This document shows positions 18,951-27,733 of a DNA stretch of 64,000 bases, in pieces. Each line of letters opens with the position of its first letter. Position 1 is the first letter of the stretch. The notes under the pieces are model-generated. The model made no database searches. It saw nothing but the letters and a program-made list of their open reading frames with translations, and was not told the DNA's origin. Source of the DNA: Desulfatiglandales bacterium (GTDB taxonomy: Bacteria > Desulfobacterota > DSM-4660 > Desulfatiglandales > Desulfatiglandaceae); the NCBI GenBank assembly GCA_963666345.1, contig OY762721.1:512001-576000 (forward strand). The letters are read 5' to 3'. Position numbers and translations under genes: made by a program.

Positions 18951-20028
18951 TCTTTATAAACTCGAAGAATCCGTCTTTATCTGAAAGGATTTCGAATCTG
19001 ACACGCAAGTAGGAAATTGAAGGATATGAAGCGCCGGTACCCGACAATCTGACCCAGTCCTTCTCGGTCGTTATAAGGCAATCGGCACCCGTTTTTTTCA
19101 CCTCCAGCGCGAGCAGATCGATCTCCCTTCGACCAAATGGGTGATGATCGGCAAACCTTTCAAATTTTATTATCCTGGCTCCCTGTCTTTCAAGTGTCTT
19201 TTTAAAGGATAAAGGGTTGCCGATGCCCGCAAAGGCCACCACCCGCTTTCCTTTCAGAAAATCCGCGGGCTCCTCCTCCTGCCTGTTAGGGAAAACGACC
19301 TTCTCCGGGACATGCCCCGCGTAAAAAAGCGGCTTGCCTGAAACGACATCCGGCAACAGATGCGTATCCGCCATCCCGGATTCCGTTTCAGAGGCCCTCG
19401 TAAGGCAGATCGCATCCGCACGTCCCAGATTTTTCAACGGCTCCCTCAAAGGGCCTCTGGGCAGAAGGTATCCGTTTCCAAAGGGAGATTCGGCATCAAG
19501 GAGCACCATATCGATGTCCCTTTCAAGCGCCATGTGCTGAAATCCGTCATCAAGTACGAAAAAATCGGACCCGAATTTTTTTGAGGCATACATGCCGGCC
19601 GGATATCTCCTCTTTGACAGCACGACAGGTACGCCCGGCAGAGCCCTTGCCAGAAGCATGGGTTCATCACCTGCCTCATTTGCGGTTGCGGATATCTTCT
19701 CACCGTCTGAAACCTGGAACACTTTTGAACCGTAGGCCCCCCCGTAACCCCTCGACAAAACGGCCGGACGCAGGCCCTGTCTCAAGGCCCATCCGGCTAT
19801 CATTATAACCGCCGGTGTCTTTCCCGTTCCCCCGGCCGTGATGTTTCCTATGCTCAGGACGAATCCGGGCAGCCGCATCTTTTTCAGGAACCCCGTTTCA
19901 TAGCCCCTCAGTCTCAAGGCGCCCGCGATGGAATAGAGACGGGAAAAAAGACCCATAATAAGATAAAAAGGCCTGTTCGACCTTTTTTGATGAACCTGTG
20001 ACCAGTCAATTCCTCGAAACCCCATCAA
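18931..20028 (-). CDS. lpxK: Tetraacyldisaccharide 4'-kinase
   Basis: SIGNITAGGTGKTP, SRGYG, GDEP, LDDGFQH, TTEKD. Confidence 0.95.
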   Translation of the reverse strand: MMGFRGIDWSQVHQKRSNRPFYLIMGLFSRLYSIAGALRLRGYETGFLKKMRLPGFVLSIGNITAGGTGKTPAVIMIAGWALRQGLRPAVLSRGYGGAYGSKVFQVSDGEKISATANEAGDEPMLLARALPGVPVVLSKRRYPAGMYASKKFGSDFFVLDDGFQHMALERDIDMVLLDAESPFGNGYLLPRGPLREPLKNLGRADAICLTRASETESGMADTHLLPDVVSGKPLFYAGHVPEKVVFPNRQEEEPADFLKGKRVVAFAGIGNPLSFKKTLERQGARIIKFERFADHHPFGRREIDLLALEVKKTGADCLITTEKDWVRLSGTGASYPSISYLRVRFEILSDKDGFFEFIKNEIKRK

Positions 20029-21392
20029 GCGCCCTCGTCCGCTCTTTCGATCCCCGATTCGATATATCCAAGCACCCGGTCAAGGGCGCCCCGATTTTCC
20101 TCGACAAACGATTTTGCCAGCCTTCCCGCCCCTGTTCTCAGATTCTCATCTTCAATAAACCCCCTGATGCATTCCTTGAGTTCTTCCCTGCCGCTCACGC
20201 ACCGTCCCCCGCCCGACTCGAGCAGCATCTCCGACATAAGCTGAAAATTATGTATAAACCGGCCGAACACGACAGGGCATCCGAAACCGGCCGGCTCAAG
20301 CAGGTTGTGCCCGCCCAAAGGCACCAGGCTGCCGCCCACAAAACTCACATGGCTTATGCCGTAAACCCTCCCCAGTTCACCCAGGGTATCAAGGACAATC
20401 AGATGGCCAGGTTCCGCCTTTTCCTTAAGCTCGCTTCTCAGCAACGGACGCAGCCCTTTTTCCCTTGCCACCCGAACAATGTCTTCGGCCTCATCAATCC
20501 TTCTTGGCGCAATTACAAGACGCAGTTTGGCAAACTCGCGGCTCAGGTCCCTGTAAACATCCAGCAGGATCTCCTCCTCGCCTTTATGGGTACTGCCCGC
20601 CACCCATATCATTTCATCCCTGTTGAACCCGAAAAGATCCAGCCATGCCCCCCTTTCCCTGTCCTGCATCGGCAACCAGTCCCTGTCAAACTTTATGTTC
20701 CCCTCTCTCCTTATCTTTTGAGGGTTCACCCCCGCTTTTTTGAGCCTTTTCTCATCAAGCTCCGACTGCATCAGGCATAGGGTGACGCCATTGAAAATCA
20801 TCCTCGAAAACAGATTGAACCTCCTGTAGGACCTGAATGTGCGGGGCGAAATACGACCGTTTACAAGGAGCGTCATGATTCCCCTCCTTTTCATGTAATC
20901 GGTCATTGCGGGCCATATGTCGGTCTCCACTATGATGAAAAGATCCGGCCTTACCCATTCCGCGATTCTTCTGACGCACCACCAGAAGTCAACCGGCATG
21001 TAGAGGATAAAACTTGCCGTGTTGATAAGTTCGCTTCTGGCGATGGACATGCCTTTTGACGTGGCGACGGTCAGAACCAGATCCCTGGCAGGGTACCTCT
21101 CCCTTAATTTCCTCACCAGCGGTACCGCGGATATGACCTCACCCACGGACAGCGCGTGGAGCCATATGGCCCCTCCGTTCAGAGGACCCTGCGGAAGATC
21201 AAAACCCAGGCGTGCCCGCAACCTTCCGTCTTTTGAAAGACCCGCAACCGGGTAGATGAATACCGCGGCCAGGGTCCAAAGCATATGATAGAGCGGGAAA
21301 AGAAAACCATACGATTTTTCCCTTCTTTTCTTTCCATGTTCGTTCATGTCATTCGCCGGTTCGAGGTTTCGCTTGATCCGCCCGAGGCGCAC
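20025..21392 (-). CDS. waaA: Kdo transferase
   Basis: WLHALSVGE, ETDIWP, AGSTHKGEE, GGHNLLEPA; exact start uncertain. Confidence 0.93.
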   Translation of the reverse strand: MRLGRIKRNLEPANDMNEHGKKRREKSYGFLFPLYHMLWTLAAVFIYPVAGLSKDGRLRARLGFDLPQGPLNGGAIWLHALSVGEVISAVPLVRKLRERYPARDLVLTVATSKGMSIARSELINTASFILYMPVDFWWCVRRIAEWVRPDLFIIVETDIWPAMTDYMKRRGIMTLLVNGRISPRTFRSYRRFNLFSRMIFNGVTLCLMQSELDEKRLKKAGVNPQKIRREGNIKFDRDWLPMQDRERGAWLDLFGFNRDEMIWVAGSTHKGEEEILLDVYRDLSREFAKLRLVIAPRRIDEAEDIVRVAREKGLRPLLRSELKEKAEPGHLIVLDTLGELGRVYGISHVSFVGGSLVPLGGHNLLEPAGFGCPVVFGRFIHNFQLMSEMLLESGGGRCVSGREELKECIRGFIEDENLRTGAGRLAKSFVEENRGALDRVLGYIESGIERADEGA

Positions 21393-21395
21393 AGG

Positions 21396-23627
21396 TCATA
21401 CCCTTATCGGAAGTTCGATTATGAACTTCGTTCCCCTGGGCTGGTTGTCCTGAACCCTTATGAAGCCGTTATGATCGGTGATAATCGTGTTTACTATGGC
21501 CAGGCCGAGGCCCGTGCCCTGTTTTTTTGTTGAAAAGTAGGGCTCGAAAAGCCGGGCCTTGTGTTCAGGAGAGATCCCCTTTCCATTGTCGGACACCTCA
21601 ATCCTGACCATCTGAAGCACAGGGTCATAATCAAGGTCGATGACGATCTCTCCCTCTCCATTGATGGCCTCTATGGAGTTATCGATAAGGTTTATCATGG
21701 CCCTTTTTATCTGTTCCCTGTCCAGATTGAAGGTAGGGACCTCGGAGTTCTCATTCAGGACCAGACTGGTCTCCTTATGCGCCTCTTTATATAGATCAAT
21801 GGCCTCGATTATGATTCTGCGGATATCTGAGGGCACCGGATTTGCGGCGGGCATTCGAGCAAAATTTGAGAACTCGTTCACAAGCCCTTTGAGTTCTTCC
21901 ACCTGTCTTATTATCATTTCAGTACAGTCATGGAAGACCTTTGAGTCCTCGCTTGCCAGCTTGTCGCCATACCTTTTCTTGAGCCGCTGAGCTGAAAGCT
22001 GTATAGGGGTGAGCGGATTTTTCACCTCATGGGCGATTCGACGGGCCACCTCCCTCCATGCAGCCATCCTCTGGGCCTTTTCTATCTCGCTTAAATCCTC
22101 GAAAACCGCGACAAGACCGAGATATTTTCCTTCATCATCGGCAAGCACGTTTATGGATACCAGCAGTATAAGCCTCCGGTTTCCTAATGAAAGTCTTATC
22201 TGCTGTTTATAGAATCCCTTTCTGAACAGATTCTGATCCCCCAGAAATCCGTCTATCAGCTTTATATACTCATGGGAAAGGACCTCCCTGTATGTCTTTC
22301 CGATTATTCCGTCGGCCTTTATGTTGAGCATCCTTTCAGCCGATTTGTTTATGGTGAAGATCTTTCCATCCACACCGGCCGACACCACACCGGCAGCCAC
22401 GTTGGCAAGCACGAATTCCATGTAAAGTCGCCGCTGTTCCAGTTCCAGATTGCCCTTTACCAGTTCTCTGTTCGCCTCTTCGAGTTTATTTTTACCTGTC
22501 TTCAGGTCCATGGTCATCCGGTTGAAGGAATTTACCAGCACCCCGATCTCATCCTTTGATTCAAGGTCGATAAAGAAATCATAGTCGCCGGAAGCGATCT
22601 TATTGGTAGCCTCCGCCAGTTCCCGTATAGGGATCGTGATCTCTCTCGACAGATAAAGCCCGAACCATACCGAGGAAAAAACTATCAAAAGGGTTACTAT
22701 GGAAAGTGTTATCATATTGCTTATCTTTATAGGCTTTTTGAGCATCTTAAGCTGCCTGTACTCCTGAATTCCCAGGGAGGCCGACTTCAGAAGATTCACA
22801 AAGCTGCCCGGGATAAACCTTGAGACGACCACCAGACCGACAACCGCCTTTGATTCGGTCCTGGAGAAAATCGGCACAACCCCGCTGACAAGATCCCCAT
22901 GCGGGGATGATTGCGTATATTGGTTGTCGGTGCCCTTTTCGAAGGTCTGCTCCAGGATCTCGGTTGAAGGCCCCTTAAATGTACTGAGGTCTATGCTGTT
23001 GTCCTGGTCTTTGGCACGCCCTTTGAATTTTCTCGAAATGACCTCTATGGAGGCAAGTCGGTATTCCTTGCGCTTGTCATGTATAAACTTACCCAGGTCA
23101 TCCTTCCTTGAAATAAGCATATACCCTTCGTAGGTGATAACCCGGCTTAGATTGTTTCCGAAGCCGAATACCTCTTCGGTCATCCTTTTGTAGTGACCCT
23201 GGCCCACCTCCAGGGATTTTTTGAGTGACTGTTCGACCTGAAGATTGAACCAGTATTCTATTGAGGATGATATGAACTGAACCGACACGAAAAAGAGTAT
23301 GATCGTGGGCAGAAGGGAAAGGGTGACAAAGGCCAGTACCAGTTTGGATCTGAGCTTTGCACCCATTATATTCTTTCTCCTTTCGAAAAGAAGCTTCACG
23401 AGGTTTCGCATCGTGAGAAAAAGGAGAAGGAGCAACAGTATTACATTTATGTTTATAAGGGCAAAGACAAGGATGCTGCTTGAAAACGGCAGGTCGGGAC
23501 CTATATCGGACAGACTTATTCCAAGGTAGGAAAGTATGCCTATCACTGCGAAGAGGGTTATTATCAGGTAACGTTCCCTTCGGCGCCTCTTCAGATCTTG
23601 TTTTTTTGCCTCTATGTAGTCATTCAT
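21396..23627 (-). CDS. ntrY: NtrY-like membrane sensor histidine kinase (HAMP-PAS-HisKA-HATPase)
   Basis: AWREVARRIAHEVKNPLTPIQLSAQRL, LFEPYFSTK, GTGLGL. Confidence 0.9.
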   Translation of the reverse strand: MNDYIEAKKQDLKRRRRERYLIITLFAVIGILSYLGISLSDIGPDLPFSSSILVFALININVILLLLLLFLTMRNLVKLLFERRKNIMGAKLRSKLVLAFVTLSLLPTIILFFVSVQFISSSIEYWFNLQVEQSLKKSLEVGQGHYKRMTEEVFGFGNNLSRVITYEGYMLISRKDDLGKFIHDKRKEYRLASIEVISRKFKGRAKDQDNSIDLSTFKGPSTEILEQTFEKGTDNQYTQSSPHGDLVSGVVPIFSRTESKAVVGLVVVSRFIPGSFVNLLKSASLGIQEYRQLKMLKKPIKISNMITLSIVTLLIVFSSVWFGLYLSREITIPIRELAEATNKIASGDYDFFIDLESKDEIGVLVNSFNRMTMDLKTGKNKLEEANRELVKGNLELEQRRLYMEFVLANVAAGVVSAGVDGKIFTINKSAERMLNIKADGIIGKTYREVLSHEYIKLIDGFLGDQNLFRKGFYKQQIRLSLGNRRLILLVSINVLADDEGKYLGLVAVFEDLSEIEKAQRMAAWREVARRIAHEVKNPLTPIQLSAQRLKKRYGDKLASEDSKVFHDCTEMIIRQVEELKGLVNEFSNFARMPAANPVPSDIRRIIIEAIDLYKEAHKETSLVLNENSEVPTFNLDREQIKRAMINLIDNSIEAINGEGEIVIDLDYDPVLQMVRIEVSDNGKGISPEHKARLFEPYFSTKKQGTGLGLAIVNTIITDHNGFIRVQDNQPRGTKFIIELPIRV

Positions 23628-23656
23628 TTCATGAGACTGGTGATCGAATCAGGATG

Positions 23657-24223
23657 TCAATAGTTGAAATCCACTGTATACCATTCGGTTTCAAAATCCC
23701 AAAGGGAGAGAAAAAACAGTACATAATGAAGATAAAGGGGAAGTTCTATCGTATCAAGCTCGGCCATCATTCTAACCCGGTAACGAGTGCCTTTGGTAAG
23801 GTTTTTCATTTCAGCGACCTTGAGTCCCACGATCTCGGACATCAGTTTTTTTGCTTCCTCAAAATCCTTTACAGTTATGATTTCACCATCCCTTTCAGAG
23901 AGTTTGACGGTATAGATTTTCTTAAGACTGTCATAATTTATGTCGTGGCTTACCTCCACTGTGGTGACTCTCTTATCCCACCAGAAATCCTGCACCTCAT
24001 TTAGATTTATGAAAAAGGTAAAAGTCGTGTTTATGCCATTTTCGATCGCTTTTTTCATTTCTTCCGTAAAACAATCCGTGACCGTAAAATAGATCAGGAG
24101 ATGGTCCCAGGTGTTAGTCACCACGATGTCAGTGAGGGATGCCTTGTCAGCCCTGGCTGAACTGACGAAACCCGTCAGGGTCAGGGAAAGCAACAGGATC
24201 AGGAATATGAATGTCTTTTTCAT
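23657..24223 (-). CDS. DUF4390 family periplasmic protein
   Basis: Signal peptide, AIENGI...F, WDFETEW; typical position upstream of ntrY. Confidence 0.8.
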   Translation of the reverse strand: MKKTFIFLILLLSLTLTGFVSSARADKASLTDIVVTNTWDHLLIYFTVTDCFTEEMKKAIENGINTTFTFFINLNEVQDFWWDKRVTTVEVSHDINYDSLKKIYTVKLSERDGEIITVKDFEEAKKLMSEIVGLKVAEMKNLTKGTRYRVRMMAELDTIELPLYLHYVLFFLSLWDFETEWYTVDFNY

Positions 24224-24430
24224 GAAAAATGGTTTAATCTGTTATCCAAATATTAATTACAACCTGAGCATGAAGAGCAGGTAGAAAAACAAGAGGATAT
24301 CTTACGTTAGAGGACCCTTAAATGCAAGATCTATAACAGATAAGGGAGCAGGCAGGTTTTATTTCGAAACAGGGGAAAAGTATTGCAGTCTTGGAGCTGA
24401 ATGAGATAACTGTCCGGCGCCTCAATTAAA

Positions 24431-24460
24431 GAGGCCGACCGTCTTTCGACGGGCGGCCTC
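24431..24460 (-). terminator. Hairpin downstream of lpxC
   Basis: GAGGCCG.CCGTC-tttc-GACGG.CGGCCTC. Confidence 0.6.
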
Positions 24461-24502
24461 TTCAGGCTTAGATAACGGACTCTTTCCTCCTAAGCCGAAT
24501 AT

Positions 24503-25450
24503 TCAGGCGACAACCGGTTCAAGGACACCAAAAGCCGGTATCTTCACGCTGTTTTCCTTACACTCCTCAGGTGATTCAAAAGAGAACACCTTCCAGTGTT
24601 TTTCCGCCTTCATAAGTTTTTTAAGCATCAGCTGGTTAAGGAAGTGACCTGATTTTTCAACCACGAAATGACCTATTACCGGAGCGCCTATGATAGACAG
24701 ATCTCCAATGAAATCAAGTATTTTATGCCTTACGAACTCATTTTTGAAGCGCAGACCGTCCTCGTTAATGATTCTGAATTCGTCTATCACGACTGCATTG
24801 TCCAGGGAACCGCCCCTTGCAAAACCGTTTTCCTTGAGTGCTTCCACATCCTTGAGAAAACCGAAGGTTCTGGCCCTGCTGATATCCCTCACAAAATCCT
24901 TGCCGGAAAAGGCCAGTTCATATTTCTGGTTTCTCATCAAGGGGTGCTTGAAATCTATCGTATAGGAGACCTTCAGTTCATTTGAAGGGTAAATCGCCAC
25001 GGAACGGTTGCCGTCCACTACCTTGAAGGCCTTTTTGATCACAATGAATTTTTTGGGTGAATTCTGTTCCCTGATTCCACCGCTCTTGATAAGAAATACA
25101 AAGGGTGCGGCGCTTCCATCCATGATGGGAACTTCCCCGCCGTCCAGGTCGACTATGGCATTGTCAATCCCCAAACCGAAAAAGGCCGCCATAAGATGTT
25201 CAATAGTGGCGACCTTACAACCGTTTGAGCCGATGCTCGTTGCAAGTGTCGTATCAACCACATTATCGAAACGGGCCCTCAACATCGGATGCCCGTCAAT
25301 GTCCGTTCTTACAAACCTGATTCCCGTATCCTCCGGAGCAGGTCTTATTTTTAACTTGATTCTCTTTCCTGAATGCAGGCCGATCCCCGTGCAGCTGACC
25401 TCTTTTATTATAGTTCTCTGTTTATAATCCACTATCTTCTCCCTGGTCAT
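24503..25450 (-). CDS. lpxC: UDP-3-O-acyl-N-acetylglucosamine deacetylase
   Basis: GIGLHSG, TIEHLMAA, PIMDGSA, ARTFGF, HKILD. Confidence 0.96.
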   Translation of the reverse strand: MTREKIVDYKQRTIIKEVSCTGIGLHSGKRIKLKIRPAPEDTGIRFVRTDIDGHPMLRARFDNVVDTTLATSIGSNGCKVATIEHLMAAFFGLGIDNAIVDLDGGEVPIMDGSAAPFVFLIKSGGIREQNSPKKFIVIKKAFKVVDGNRSVAIYPSNELKVSYTIDFKHPLMRNQKYELAFSGKDFVRDISRARTFGFLKDVEALKENGFARGGSLDNAVVIDEFRIINEDGLRFKNEFVRHKILDFIGDLSIIGAPVIGHFVVEKSGHFLNQLMLKKLMKAEKHWKVFSFESPEECKENSVKIPAFGVLEPVVA

Positions 25451-25473
25451 TATTTTTTACTGCTTTTACTTAA

Positions 25474-25489
25474 AGCAACTATCGTGCCA
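25474..25489 (-). promoter_or_regulatory. sigma54 (-24/-12) promoter of lpxC
   Basis: Minus strand TGGCACGatagTTGCT, a near-perfect consensus, about 25 bp upstream of the lpxC ATG. Confidence 0.85.
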
Positions 25490-25769
25490 GAAACATATTT
25501 GCCTTACGGCAGGACATTGCAAGGCTATCATATTGAATATCCATGTAAAATTTACGAAAACATGAGGCACGTTTCCGGCACCAGGCACAGACCCGGATCC
25601 GGGTGTGTGAAAAAAACCACATGTGCAGCGCCTGAACAACACATCCCGGCCCTGCCCCGGCTTGAAAAAGAGCGGATTATGTATTATTCAGAGTTCATCC
25701 GTACCGTTTTGCGCATTCGGTGATCCAGAGAAGAAAAAACCAAAAAGATGATTACGCGGGGAGACCTCC

Positions 25770-26969
25770 ATGCCGGGCAAAATGAAATCAACTATATGTC
25801 TTGTTCTCTTTATGACCTTGAGCTGCGGCTGCGCCCCTTCCCTCAAAAAAGAGGCCGGCCTTCCGCAGGATGCCTTAAGGCAGGTCCGTTTCTTTTATCC
25901 CGATTTAAATGATGACCTCCGATACCGTGACCTTGATCAGGCGATCGAGCAAAGCCTTGAGTTTCTGGGACGCCTCGATCCGGACAAAATATTTTCCTAC
26001 GGCACTCACCGCTTTACCTGCAGGCAGGTGATTGAAAGCCATGAGGCATTTCGTCTAATCATCAGGGAAAAGCCGGACCCTCACAGGCTTAAAAGCCTGA
26101 TTAAGCGTAACTTCAGGCTCTATCGGGCTACAGGCTCACCTGGGAAAAAAGACACGCTTTTTACAGGCTATTTCGAGCCGCTTTACAGGGGGAGCCTTTC
26201 ACCGGATGCGCAATACAGGTATCCCATTTACAGGAAACCTGACGATCTTATCAGGATAGACCTCTCGCCATTCAACCCCGAATTAAAGGGTCAAAGCATC
26301 ATCGCCAGGATAGAAGGGAAAAAACTGATACCCTATTACACCAGAAAGGATATGGAAGAAGGAAAGGCACTCAAGGGTAAGGGGCTTGAGATCGCCTGGT
26401 TGAAGGATCCGGTGGATGTTGCGTTTCTCCACATCCAGGGTTCGGGAAGCATCAGGCTTAACGACGGGCGCATACTGAGAGTAGGCTATCACGCAAAAAA
26501 CGGCCGCCCTTACAAAAGTATCGGAAGGTACATGCTCAAAAAGGGGCTTCTCACAAAAAAAGAGATGTCCATGCAGGCCATAAGGCGATATCTGGAATCC
26601 CACCCGGACATACTTGGTGAAGTCCTGAACCACAACCCTTCCTACATATTTTTCAGGATACTGAACGGCCCCCCTCAAGGGAACATCGGTGTACCTTTAA
26701 CCCCCGGCAGATCTCTTGCACTTGATTCCACGCTCTTTCCAAAGGGTGCGCTGGCCTTCATTTCCTGTGAAAAACCGGTCCTTGACAGCAATGGAAACAT
26801 ATCAAAATGGGTCCGATTTTCAAGGTTCCTCTTAAACCAGGATACCGGAGGCGCGATCAAAGGCGCGGGAAGGGCGGACATCTTCTGGGGAAAAGGTCCC
26901 TATGCCGAGGCGGCCGCAGGGCACATGAAACATGACGGCAGCCTGTATATACTCATGAAGAAGCCGTAG
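25770..26969 (+). CDS. mltA: Membrane-bound lytic transglycosylase A (lipoprotein)
   Basis: Lipobox-like Cys, FTGYFEP, HIQGSG, NPSYIFF, DTGGAIKG..RADIFWG. Confidence 0.93.
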   Translation: MPGKMKSTICLVLFMTLSCGCAPSLKKEAGLPQDALRQVRFFYPDLNDDLRYRDLDQAIEQSLEFLGRLDPDKIFSYGTHRFTCRQVIESHEAFRLIIREKPDPHRLKSLIKRNFRLYRATGSPGKKDTLFTGYFEPLYRGSLSPDAQYRYPIYRKPDDLIRIDLSPFNPELKGQSIIARIEGKKLIPYYTRKDMEEGKALKGKGLEIAWLKDPVDVAFLHIQGSGSIRLNDGRILRVGYHAKNGRPYKSIGRYMLKKGLLTKKEMSMQAIRRYLESHPDILGEVLNHNPSYIFFRILNGPPQGNIGVPLTPGRSLALDSTLFPKGALAFISCEKPVLDSNGNISKWVRFSRFLLNQDTGGAIKGAGRADIFWGKGPYAEAAAGHMKHDGSLYILMKKP

Positions 26970-27110
26970 AAAAGGCCCTGCGGATCAACACCGTTACGGC
27001 TGCATGGGACGGTTTTATTTCATTCGCTTGCCCACCGTGAATGTGGCGGGGCTGAAAGCAACATCCGGAAATGATCCATTTCCAGGCGGGAACTGGTTAT
27101 TAAAATTCCT

Positions 27111-27655
27111 GGATCATCTCCAAAAAAGTTGGTCTAAATGAAGGTTTCGAGTGGTCAAGGGGCCGCGGGTTCGAGTGAAAAGATTAAAGATCATAGGCAG
27201 TTAAACGTTAGGGGAAAATCGTATACACCTTGTTTGCATGTGTATAAAGAAACGAAACGTTTTTTTAAAGATGGGCAATACTGTTTCACCTCCTGAATCA
27301 GAAGATCCGCTGTTTCCATATCAAGGGACACCGCCTGAGGGTATGGGAGAAAAACGGCTATAGAGTATATGCAATTTTTCTTTATTGCATATGGTTCAGA
27401 CTGTGAATTGGAAACCCGGGACATGACGTCAACTGACCTGGGTTATTTAAAAGAAAAAAGGCTTTGAAAATTAAGAAGAAAAACAGGGGATGTCGGGGCA
27501 ATACTCAAAGAAATGATCAAATCCCTGGAAAGAAAACCCTTGAAACCGGGAACCCGCCCTGAGCTGGCCGAAGGGTGGGACTGCGCGAAGCGTAAGCGAA
27601 GCAAAGAATCCTGGAAACCTTGGACCCTCTTCGACAACTAAGTTGGAGAAAAACC
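27111..27655 (+). mobile_element. Putative TIR-bounded, octamer-repeat-flanked four-helix-bundle element (decayed)
   Basis: Imperfect TIRs TCTCCAA-N3-AGTTG (27117-27131) and CAACT-N3-TTGGAGA (27635-27649). Oppositely oriented 8-nt repeat tracts at about 27142-27180 and 27537-27630. Confidence 0.5.
27138..27641 (+). pseudogene. Four-helix-bundle protein (23S rRNA IVP / TIGR02436-like) pseudogene
   Basis: One frame reads KDHRQLNV..KSY..CLHVYKETKRF...TS*IRRSAVSI...A*GYGRKT..EY.QF..IAYGS.CELET...DLGYL...IKSLE, with TGA stops at 27294, 27336 and 27465. Confidence 0.82.
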
Positions 27656-27733
27656 AAATTCCTTAACTCAAGGCATTCCAGTTCACTTTAGTCACTCCGG
27701 ATCCCGGGCCTGCAGGCCGGGATTCTTTACCGG

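Noticed and set aside
27138..27641. Multi-Sec recoding of the three TGA codons, or a DGR avd gene
   Set aside because: The TGAs fall at non-Cys positions amid many other degenerate substitutions. No reverse transcriptase or TR/VR pair is present in the window.
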